This document shows, in pieces, positions 26,167 to 34,600 of a DNA stretch of 64,000 nucleotides (positions are counted from its first letter, which is position 1; every line of letters starts with the position of its first letter). Under the pieces are notes generated by a model that did not search any database, was not told the origin of the DNA, and was given only the letters and a program-made list of their open reading frames with translations. Origin of the DNA: a virus. Where the stretch lies: positions 1 to 64,000 of IMG/VR virus record IMGVR_UViG_3300042898_001429. One strand, written 5' to 3'. Position numbers and translations under genes: made by a program.

Positions 26167-26381
26167 CAGACCTACAATGGTCATGGCTTCTTGCCATGAT
26201 GGGTATTGTAGGAATGTACTTTGTTGGTAAGAAACATTGGGAAGCGTTTTTGTGGTTAATTGTCATGGAATGTTTATGGATTGTTTTTGCCCTACAAACG
26301 CACACTTACGGCTTTATAGTCGGTTCTTTAGCGTATATTTTTGTCTATACTCGGAATGCTAACCTTTGGAGAAAATCATGA
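26163..26381 (+). CDS. Small multi-TM protein (PnuC-fragment-like)
   Basis: Hydrophobic, W-rich helices; YGF and RN..W motifs. Confidence 0.55.
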   Translation: MTDLQWSWLLAMMGIVGMYFVGKKHWEAFLWLIVMECLWIVFALQTHTYGFIVGSLAYIFVYTRNANLWRKS

Positions 26382-26815
26382 GCGCCCTTACCAATGACCT
26401 TAAAACCCTTCTGGCTGACTCTGTCACCATGTACTTTGTTGCCCATGGGTACCATTGGAACGTAGAAGGTGCTGACTTCAGTCAATATCATTCTTTGTTT
26501 GCTGACATCTATGAAGACGTGTATTCCAGCATTGACACCATTGCTGAAGGCCTCCGCAAACTGGATGAGTATGCACCGTTCACTCTAAGCAAGTTCATTG
26601 ACCTCAGAACGGTTGAAAGCGTTGAAGTGGCACCTAACCCCAAAGCAATGGCAAAAGCCCTGCTAAAGGTCAATGAGGGTGTTCTCGTGACAATTGGCAA
26701 GGCTTTTGCGTCGGCTAACAAAGCCAATGAACAAGGTATTGCAAACTTCTTGGCAGAGCGTGATGATATGCACAAGAAGTGGCGCTGGCAGTTAACTGCC
26801 TCCACTAAGTCCTAG
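26378..26815 (+). CDS. dps: Dps DNA-protection / mini-ferritin protein
   Basis: HWNVEG..F...H.LF..IY, D.IAE..R.L, H.K..W.L. Confidence 0.92.
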   Translation: MSALTNDLKTLLADSVTMYFVAHGYHWNVEGADFSQYHSLFADIYEDVYSSIDTIAEGLRKLDEYAPFTLSKFIDLRTVESVEVAPNPKAMAKALLKVNEGVLVTIGKAFASANKANEQGIANFLAERDDMHKKWRWQLTASTKS

Positions 26816-27616
26816 AAGGACCCGTACTTCTTCCATAGTTGCTGGGGTGCTGATAACGGTTCCGTTAGGCATGACTACAGTAACCATACAATCTCCATCA
26901 GGGGCAACCAATTGGGTTCGTTCTTCGGAAGTAGAAGTCACCTTGTAACTCGTAGTTGCTGTTGGGTTAATGCCAGTGGTTGTTGCCATCTCAGGTTCCT
27001 CAATCTTTTCTTTGTGTGTTTTCTTGTCAACTAATTGCTCAACAAGTTCTTCTTTAGAGTATGCGCCAACATCTGAAACACCCCGTGCTGTAGCGGCTTT
27101 ACGAAGTACACCAATACTCATAGAACGTAGTTCATCATCTGAGAATGGTTCAATCTCTACAATGTCAGGGGTTTGCTTTTCAGAAGTATCTGTTGCAGAA
27201 GCGTCAACATTAATAGGCACAAGACCATTGCTCAATTCCTTGACAGGGATACCCATGTCATGAGCATCAAACACAAAATTGCTAATGTTCTCTTCGTTCT
27301 CTGCATCCCAAAGAACTAATAGCGTTCCTTTTTTACTCTTGAGAGTATTTAAGATTTCCAACCACGAATCACCACCAGTGCAATCAAACACCTTGCTTGC
27401 GTTATCCACAAGCACCTGTGGAGCATTGCTCTTTGTATAGGCAATATATTCTGCTTCATTGTCCAACATAAAGTCATAGACCCTGTCTTCAGAACTGGTT
27501 GCCCCTTTACGTGGGCAAATAAGGAAGATGTTGTTCTCAATACCTAATTCGGATAGTCCATCTTCAATGATGTTCTCTCCACATTTTCCGCTTCCAATGA
27601 TTCCATAATGCGTCAT
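26792..27616 (-). CDS. Hypothetical protein with a possible Rho-N/HeH DNA-binding motif
   Basis: L..M....LRK.A..RGV.....SKEELVEQL. Confidence 0.55.
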   Translation of the reverse strand: MTHYGIIGSGKCGENIIEDGLSELGIENNIFLICPRKGATSSEDRVYDFMLDNEAEYIAYTKSNAPQVLVDNASKVFDCTGGDSWLEILNTLKSKKGTLLVLWDAENEENISNFVFDAHDMGIPVKELSNGLVPINVDASATDTSEKQTPDIVEIEPFSDDELRSMSIGVLRKAATARGVSDVGAYSKEELVEQLVDKKTHKEKIEEPEMATTTGINPTATTSYKVTSTSEERTQLVAPDGDCMVTVVMPNGTVISTPATMEEVRVLLGLSGGS

Positions 27617-27625
27617 TTTGTATTC

Positions 27626-27880
27626 CTATCGTGTTGCTTTACGTTGTGCCCAGTCACCCATGAGGGTTATTAATCTGAGCAGACCGTGAACTGTACCAGC
27701 AATTGTTGCAATCACCAAGCCACTTAGAGGAACATTGGGAACCTCTATGAGAAGCGTAGACACGTATCCCAAAAGAACTCCAAAGACAATCTTTACCCAA
27801 GGCATAGCCTCTTTTGGCGTGAGTACGTCTAACACTTGAAGGATTTTGTAGACGGCTAAACCAGCCAATATGTAGTTCAT
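27626..27880 (-). CDS. Small membrane protein
   Basis: Hydrophobic helices. Confidence 0.6.
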   Translation of the reverse strand: MNYILAGLAVYKILQVLDVLTPKEAMPWVKIVFGVLLGYVSTLLIEVPNVPLSGLVIATIAGTVHGLLRLITLMGDWAQRKATR

Positions 27881-27881
27881 T

Positions 27882-29594
27882 TTATTTCCCTGGATAGTAG
27901 TCCCATGCAATGGAGTATAGAGCCAACATGGTTACTGGGGCAATATACTGTGCAATAACTCTTTCAGTAGTTTTAATAGTTCGTTCATGGTCTTGTAAGT
28001 AGAACGAATAGGCATTATTAACACCCGTACCTGCGGTATCCCAGTAGTAGTCAAAAGTACCACCACCCGTTGTACCGTCTTGAATTGGAATATAACCACC
28101 ATCACGGGTATTGCCCGAGAAGTAATGACCATTAGTGGATGGCTCAAACAGCCAGTTGTTTATTGAAATTGAACTTCCAGGAGCCATCTCAAATGACAGA
28201 ACAGGAACAGAGGAAACCGTTGCAGAAGCACCAGTTGCGGATGGAACATACTCTAGGTTTGGACGAGTAGGGATGCTGATGTACGCATACTTTGTTCCGT
28301 CGTACCAACCCCCATCTGCATAAATAGTAGTAGGCATTGAGCCACCCGCTACTCCCGCTTCCCATGCAAGTCTGGTGGTGTTAGTTGCCGTACGAAACGC
28401 AGAGAATGAAGCCCCGACACTTCCCGTGTAGTCGTAACTAGTTCCATAAAGTTTTGTTCCCAGATATGGGAACGGCTTACGAGGGTAGATTAATACAGTG
28501 CGGTTAGCGTATGAACCAGGGGGCATTGTAATAGTAATGCCATTAGCGTTATCTGTAATGGCTGGGTTTGAAGCACCAATGGTATTAGTACCATATGTGT
28601 AGATACCCCAAGTAGTTGTAGTTTGCAAATTGGCGTAGTAGGTTGAGCCACCTTGAGTTACAGTACCTGAAGATGCAGTAATCGTTACGTTTGTAAACTC
28701 TGGGTCCGATATAAAGTTAACACGCTGGGCAAACACATTGAAAACATGGGGTTTTGGCAATGCAGCATTGTAGGTGTAAGTAACTGGACACCCAGACATT
28801 GATGAAATGTAAGAACTGATGCTTCCAATAGTTCCTTTTTGTTGGCGCAATGTTCCAATGTTGTTTAAAAGCGTTCTAACTTTAGAAGTACCTAAGTCGT
28901 CAAGTGTTATCTCTAGGCCAGTCTCATAGGCTAATGCACCTAATGCTGGTGTTACTGCAATCTCAGGGTCATTGGCAATTGCAACGCTTTCAATTAACGT
29001 CCTTGTTCTATCAATTTCATTACCAAACAATTCAACAAAAGCATAAAGAGGAGAATATCCGTTTAATAAAACTGCTTGGCGGTAGTCTAACTCTCTATAA
29101 TATTCTGGAATTTTAGACCACAAAGATTCCACAGAGTTATAACTAATTGGAATTTGGATATACAGGGTTGCTACACGGGTAAACCAGTAATTAGAACCAT
29201 CACTATATTTAACAAACAACGAATAGTACACCCACCTACCTTCAGAAATTACAGGCGTATCATCGTAGTAGTTGTTTAGAGTGTTGCTTGTAATGCTTTT
29301 TACAAAAACACCATCATTAAGAGTTACTGGCTCTCCGCTAGACGATGAAACAATTTGTAGTTCTACAGGTTGAGCACCAACAGTAACTATGTCAACAAGT
29401 GGTTCTTCAAGTGTCCACTCTAAACGTACAACACCTTTTGTAAGGATGTTTGCACTAAAAGTGTTTTCTCCTGTTGTTATTCGTGCAGAGGAAATACCAC
29501 TAGATTGAAGCGCAGAGTCAAGTGCACCTGGTTGCTGTAGGTATGAACCAAAACCGCTTGTTTGTTTACGAAGTGAAAAAGATGTTAATGCCAT
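27882..29594 (-). CDS. Baseplate wedge / tail protein (P2 gpI-like region)
   Basis: LW..IP.YYR.LD and R.QKGT..I motifs; follows baseplate J. Confidence 0.7.
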   Translation of the reverse strand: MALTSFSLRKQTSGFGSYLQQPGALDSALQSSGISSARITTGENTFSANILTKGVVRLEWTLEEPLVDIVTVGAQPVELQIVSSSSGEPVTLNDGVFVKSITSNTLNNYYDDTPVISEGRWVYYSLFVKYSDGSNYWFTRVATLYIQIPISYNSVESLWSKIPEYYRELDYRQAVLLNGYSPLYAFVELFGNEIDRTRTLIESVAIANDPEIAVTPALGALAYETGLEITLDDLGTSKVRTLLNNIGTLRQQKGTIGSISSYISSMSGCPVTYTYNAALPKPHVFNVFAQRVNFISDPEFTNVTITASSGTVTQGGSTYYANLQTTTTWGIYTYGTNTIGASNPAITDNANGITITMPPGSYANRTVLIYPRKPFPYLGTKLYGTSYDYTGSVGASFSAFRTATNTTRLAWEAGVAGGSMPTTIYADGGWYDGTKYAYISIPTRPNLEYVPSATGASATVSSVPVLSFEMAPGSSISINNWLFEPSTNGHYFSGNTRDGGYIPIQDGTTGGGTFDYYWDTAGTGVNNAYSFYLQDHERTIKTTERVIAQYIAPVTMLALYSIAWDYYPGK

Positions 29595-31093
29595 TAACTT
29601 ATGATTCCTGTAATTCCACCACTTGTAGAAATAGCAATTGTACCTCTTCGCAGTAGTGCACCACTTGCTGGGGTTATTGTGTTTACCGTTCCAGTGCTTG
29701 TACTGAACACAGTAATGTTTGCGTAATCAACCCCTTCAACACTTTGGATAGCCCTATACAAAGAACCTAGGGAAAGCACTTGTTCAAAAGAAACATTGTC
29801 AAAATCAAAGAAACTATCAATTACTTCTGAAACAGCAGAAGAAACATAGTAAGAAACATAATTGTTTTTAATTGCTACGGACACAGTTACATTGACTGGG
29901 GTTAAAGTAACTGAAGAAGCAGCAATTACGCTTGCCCCCACTAGACTTCGTGGCCTAAAGTACTCAATAATTTCATCTTTAACGTAACTTGGAATAGTCA
30001 AAGACACAGCAGTAGTTGTTAAGTAGTCAGCCTGATAGGGAACACCATAGACAGTTACGTTTGTTCCAGCCACAGTGCACGTTGATTTTACAACTTGCGG
30101 AATACGAAGAGCCAAGTCTTTAAAGTCTTGTAAAGAAACTGCACGGTCTTGTGTCCGAAACATTAAAGGAATGTTTGCTTTCATGGATTCAAGTGATTCC
30201 GAATCGGTACCACCAGATGTAGAGGAGGAGGAAGCAATATAAGCACCATCAATAGATGACCCAATATTAAATGCAGTAATACGACCAACTCCAATGTTTC
30301 CAACAGCCCCCTGCCCACGACGGTAAGAAACTGTTATCTCTGCTGTGTTTTCTGGAATCTTTCCGTTGATACCATTACCAAAGATAACTTGGGCTACCCC
30401 ATCAGAAGCAATTTCAACTGTAAATACTTTGTCACTAGATGTTGCACTAGACAAATCAGAAGTGTAAAAGTATTGTACTAATGAGGGGCTGCCACTTACT
30501 GTCGGACCTTCAGCGGCAAACACAGAAACAGTAGAAGTAATTGCACCTGTGTAACGAAGGTTAAAACGTTGCCCAGATGTTCCGTTGCTATAAGTGTTGC
30601 GAGTAACTGTTTGCACAGGAGATTCACTGTCTTCGTAAATACCTTCACCAACTTGTACAACAACTGAGGTAGCCGATGGACCCATGCTTGCTGATGCTGT
30701 AGTAGTGAAATAAACAACAGGCAAGTTATCGGTTGCTGAAGCAATAAAACCCGTGTTGATGGGGATAATAATTGTGTCAGAATGCGTTGGGTTAGTTGCT
30801 GCAATAGTAACTGTACCCGTTGACGCTGTCTGAGATGCGGGTCGGTAATCAAAAAGGTTTGCTAAGGCTAAAATACTAGACTTATTATTAGCAGTGCCTA
30901 TATAAGTTTCGGCTGCCGCACGGTCCACGTAGTAGTGAAGGATATCTCCCATATACGCCCAAAGGTCTACAAAGACCATTCCGAAGTCAGATGAGTTTCT
31001 ATTTGACCACTCTGGGAGTACAGCAGATGCACGGTCTAAAAGGTCTTGGCGAATAGACAGGTAATCCCTGCTTGTGTAATCAAAACTAGGCAT
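29594..31093 (-). CDS. Baseplate J / gp6-like wedge protein
   Basis: DYTSRDY..IR, FGNG..GKIP, GG.D.ES, RAVSL.DF. Confidence 0.88.
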   Translation of the reverse strand: MPSFDYTSRDYLSIRQDLLDRASAVLPEWSNRNSSDFGMVFVDLWAYMGDILHYYVDRAAAETYIGTANNKSSILALANLFDYRPASQTASTGTVTIAATNPTHSDTIIIPINTGFIASATDNLPVVYFTTTASASMGPSATSVVVQVGEGIYEDSESPVQTVTRNTYSNGTSGQRFNLRYTGAITSTVSVFAAEGPTVSGSPSLVQYFYTSDLSSATSSDKVFTVEIASDGVAQVIFGNGINGKIPENTAEITVSYRRGQGAVGNIGVGRITAFNIGSSIDGAYIASSSSTSGGTDSESLESMKANIPLMFRTQDRAVSLQDFKDLALRIPQVVKSTCTVAGTNVTVYGVPYQADYLTTTAVSLTIPSYVKDEIIEYFRPRSLVGASVIAASSVTLTPVNVTVSVAIKNNYVSYYVSSAVSEVIDSFFDFDNVSFEQVLSLGSLYRAIQSVEGVDYANITVFSTSTGTVNTITPASGALLRRGTIAISTSGGITGIIS

Positions 31094-31094
31094 T

Positions 31095-31502
31095 TTAGAA
31101 CCCTCCGTTAGTCGTGGTATTAGATATATTAAAGGTTACTACTGAAGAGTTGTACGGGGGTACCACATATTTTACTGAAATAGAGACCGTTGTGTCATAC
31201 GTATTTCCAGAAAGTAACTCATTTGGAACACCTATCTGGACGTCAGTAACTCTTCCAAAGGGAAGGTTGGCATTTAAATCGGCTATAGCATCCATACGGT
31301 ATTCAGCAAATACCAGTGGGTCAGGCTCTTCAAACAAAAGGTTTCTAATGTTTGCCCCGTACTTGGGTTCCATTACCCGTTCCCCAGGGCTAGTCGTCAA
31401 GATATCAATTATGTTTTGTTCCATGATGGCGTCCAGAGACGAGGTTGTAGATATAGCGCCCGTATCGGAAGTAAAAGAAAATGGGATTGAAATAGATTTC
31501 AT
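31095..31502 (-). CDS. Baseplate gp25/W-like protein
   Basis: ILTT.PGERVM.P.YG. Confidence 0.88.
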   Translation of the reverse strand: MKSISIPFSFTSDTGAISTTSSLDAIMEQNIIDILTTSPGERVMEPKYGANIRNLLFEEPDPLVFAEYRMDAIADLNANLPFGRVTDVQIGVPNELLSGNTYDTTVSISVKYVVPPYNSSVVTFNISNTTTNGGF

Positions 31503-31512
31503 TGGTTAGTCC

Positions 31513-32685
31513 TTACACATAAACATCAGAATAGTCTTTAGATGACACCCATGCATTATTGATAAGTGCTGGGTCTGGAGGGGTTTTATGTGCCACAGAT
31601 ACTTGCTGGGCATCATCCGTATTCCCCAAAGAATCACGAGCAAGTTCAAGGTACGTGACCATATACGATTGTGTTAATTCATGGCGTACTGACACCACAT
31701 ACCAAAACCCATCAAACTCAGAGTTATATTCATTAATGTTAACAATGCCCCCAGGGTGAATACTTGGGTCAGCAACAATTTGAAGATTGGCAGTCATTGG
31801 AAATTTCTTCCTAAGAGCGCCAGTAACTAAGGACTTACCCATGTCATATGAATCCACATTGGTATTTAAAACATTAGTAAACCTAGACTTAACAGCAGTT
31901 GCTAAACCAGAAGATTGAAACTCTGTACCATTCTCCACTGAAAGTAGTTTTCCTGTTTTATCTAGTAGGTGTAATGTGTCGGGTGTTCTAGCCCCATCAG
32001 GAGTAATTGCTCCAATACGTCCCTCAAAGTTAAGGATTTGACCAGGCTGAGGGCTGACATCCCCCTTACTACCTCGTATGGTGAGAAGCATAGAATATGA
32101 AATATTACGGTACAAAGAACTAAACGGGTCCCAGATTTGAAGATGAGTCCCATCCATAACAGTGGAGTACCCCAACTTTTTAGCGGTACTTACTAAAAAT
32201 TCCCAATCAGATTGGCTGGACTGCACCAAGCGTGTAAACCTAAAAGGGTTGTTTGGCACAGAGAATGAAAAAGAATACTTGTCAGCGATAGAACTTGCTA
32301 TCTCAGCAATTGTCTTAGATTCCCAAACACGAGAAGTCAATGACTTCATAATATAACTAGAACCAAAACAATGAACAGTTGTTATTTGAAATGGACTTCC
32401 ATTTACAACTCCATCTTTTGCTCTAGCCATTGGCTCTAAGTAAACAATATAGCCATAAAAGTAAAAAGTAGAACGTTCTCTAAGTTCAATACTAAATTTT
32501 ATAGGGACATCAATATACTGATGTATTAATTGCGGGTCCATACCAATAAAGTTCAAAGAAGCAACAGTGTGCATTCCTTCTTTTTCTTCAACTGTAATTT
32601 CTTGCAGGGTTAAATAATTGACAGGGACATTGTCAATTGCAACTTCTACACTAGGAGACAGTGGTGATGAACTTTTGAAAATCAT
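31513..32685 (-). CDS. Baseplate hub (gpD/gp27-like)
   Basis: Q..QSDW.FL...A...G, G.WYV..V.H. Confidence 0.8.
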   Translation of the reverse strand: MIFKSSSPLSPSVEVAIDNVPVNYLTLQEITVEEKEGMHTVASLNFIGMDPQLIHQYIDVPIKFSIELRERSTFYFYGYIVYLEPMARAKDGVVNGSPFQITTVHCFGSSYIMKSLTSRVWESKTIAEIASSIADKYSFSFSVPNNPFRFTRLVQSSQSDWEFLVSTAKKLGYSTVMDGTHLQIWDPFSSLYRNISYSMLLTIRGSKGDVSPQPGQILNFEGRIGAITPDGARTPDTLHLLDKTGKLLSVENGTEFQSSGLATAVKSRFTNVLNTNVDSYDMGKSLVTGALRKKFPMTANLQIVADPSIHPGGIVNINEYNSEFDGFWYVVSVRHELTQSYMVTYLELARDSLGNTDDAQQVSVAHKTPPDPALINNAWVSSKDYSDVYV

Positions 32686-32939
32686 TTCAAAGGAATCCTA
32701 ATTACACTGCCCATAGGGATTACATCTGGGTAACCCAAGGACTTATTAACGTCTGCAAGTTTCCAGTACATAGATGGGTTGTTTAAATAGCGATTTGCTA
32801 AAGACTGAAAGGTTTCCCCTTGGTCTGAAATAACTGTGTAATATGATGAACTAGTAAATTCAGTACTAGTAGCAATTACGTTAGTAATTCCATTGCGTGT
32901 TTCTGTGCTTTCAGAATAGCGAGAACCTTTGATAATCAT
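32682..32939 (-). CDS. LysM / tail-X-like baseplate protein
   Basis: GET...LA..YL.....YW.LAD.N.....G..IRIP. Confidence 0.8.
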   Translation of the reverse strand: MIIKGSRYSESTETRNGITNVIATSTEFTSSSYYTVISDQGETFQSLANRYLNNPSMYWKLADVNKSLGYPDVIPMGSVIRIPLK

Positions 32940-34600
32940 TATCTATCCTTCCAATTAACAGTCGGTGCTGGGTTTTTTGGAAATTTAAAGATAGTTCCAC
33001 GAGCATGGAACACTAACCACTGCGCAAAAGACGAGATAGTAACAGGTTCTGTAAATGTTCTTGTAACAACTTGTGTTCCTGAACTTGTAGTACAAGTTAC
33101 ATTAACAATATGTGTTATGGTTACTTTTACAGGATTAATAGCATTTGTCATAGTTTTTGCAAAAGATTGCTGGTCAATATTAAAAGGAACAGCATAGTAT
33201 TTATGTTTACGTGCAGAAGCCTTAGTAGTTGCTTTGTTAGTTTCAGTAGCCACTTCTGTGGTTGTCAATTGCTTGGATTTACTATCAGTAAGGTACGTTA
33301 TATTTCCTTGCGCTAACACTTTTGTTTGTTGGTTTGGAAGCATTTCTTCCATTACAAACTTGCCACTAAAGTCCCATGTAATTTCACCGTCTGCTATCTT
33401 CTTAGCCGCTGCTGGGGAGACCCAAGATTTAATAGAACCTTCAAATTGTAAGTTTGCCCAGTCTGCACCAACTACAGCAGTGCCATCATTATAAAAATCA
33501 GCAAAAGTAGAATAGTTTGTAATATTTCTTATTAGTTGACCAGTTATTTCTTTATACAGGCTTGGGCTAGAATACTCAAAGTTAATTCCATATTTAGCAA
33601 TGTCATCAGCAGCAGCCGCAGTTGAACCATCAATGCGGGCTTGCGCTTCCATATCTTTAACAGCAGTCTTTAAAGAAGTTGTTAGGTATGCTTCTTCTTT
33701 GGCAAAGCCAATGTACAAAGCACGGATTTGCAATGAAACTTTACAGATGGTTGGTACATAGTTTTTACTAAACTTTACAAATTGAACACTAGATGTTTCA
33801 ACAAAACCTTCAACCATAAACATGGAAGAGAATACTATGCGAATAGGTAGGGGGCTAAGGAACGCAGCATTTCCATAATTCTTTTCAATGTTTGTTTCAA
33901 AGCCTTTATCATTAAACCCAACACTTGCCCCAGTACCATTGGCTGCATAAGACTTTGACACATTAGATGCGTTTTTCCAATAAGTGCTAAGGAAGTCTTT
34001 CATGTCAGGCGTTATAGACTGCCCAATAATTGAATCTAAGATGTACATGTCTGCAAGCACACCAAGGCTTGCTACGTCACCCCAGTTGGTGTTTGACCCA
34101 TAATTGTCAAGGGATTTTGTTAAGGGGTTGGCAGTATCTGTAGCAAAGCCGCCATTACTAATTTGGTCTGTTGCGTACATTGCAGAAACTACTTCAGCCT
34201 CACGGTTAAATAGCAACTCAAATGAAAATGCCGCAGTTCCAGCAATAGGTTGATACAACTGTGCAGGGTCTTGAAGCAATGGGTTAGCAACCATAGAGTT
34301 CATAGAGACTGTTCGGTCAATTGTTTCAGGGTTAAATTGAAAGAATAACCTACGTTGTTTAACTTTAGAAGCAGATGTATTAGGTGTGTTACCCAAAACA
34401 GCAGGGTAGATACCACGGATAAAACCACGTTGAAAACGGGTATCTACTACTTGCTTACCCCTAATAGGGTTATAGATATCAGGCTGTACAGGTCTAGGCC
34501 AAATAAAGTTAGGGTTGTCATCGGGTTGTCTTTTAAGACTTTTGCCAATTTCATAACCTTTTCCAAAATTAAAAAACTGGTTAGATGCGTAACTTTCCAT
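32939..34600 (-). CDS. Tail tube initiator / baseplate-proximal protein
   Basis: FQFNP.TI motif; lies directly after the tape measure gene. Confidence 0.6.
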   Translation of the reverse strand: MESYASNQFFNFGKGYEIGKSLKRQPDDNPNFIWPRPVQPDIYNPIRGKQVVDTRFQRGFIRGIYPAVLGNTPNTSASKVKQRRLFFQFNPETIDRTVSMNSMVANPLLQDPAQLYQPIAGTAAFSFELLFNREAEVVSAMYATDQISNGGFATDTANPLTKSLDNYGSNTNWGDVASLGVLADMYILDSIIGQSITPDMKDFLSTYWKNASNVSKSYAANGTGASVGFNDKGFETNIEKNYGNAAFLSPLPIRIVFSSMFMVEGFVETSSVQFVKFSKNYVPTICKVSLQIRALYIGFAKEEAYLTTSLKTAVKDMEAQARIDGSTAAAADDIAKYGINFEYSSPSLYKEITGQLIRNITNYSTFADFYNDGTAVVGADWANLQFEGSIKSWVSPAAAKKIADGEITWDFSGKFVMEEMLPNQQTKVLAQGNITYLTDSKSKQLTTTEVATETNKATTKASARKHKYYAVPFNIDQQSFAKTMTNAINPVKVTITHIVNVTCTTSSGTQVVTRTFTEPVTISSFAQWLVFHARGTIFKFPKNPAPTVNWKDR

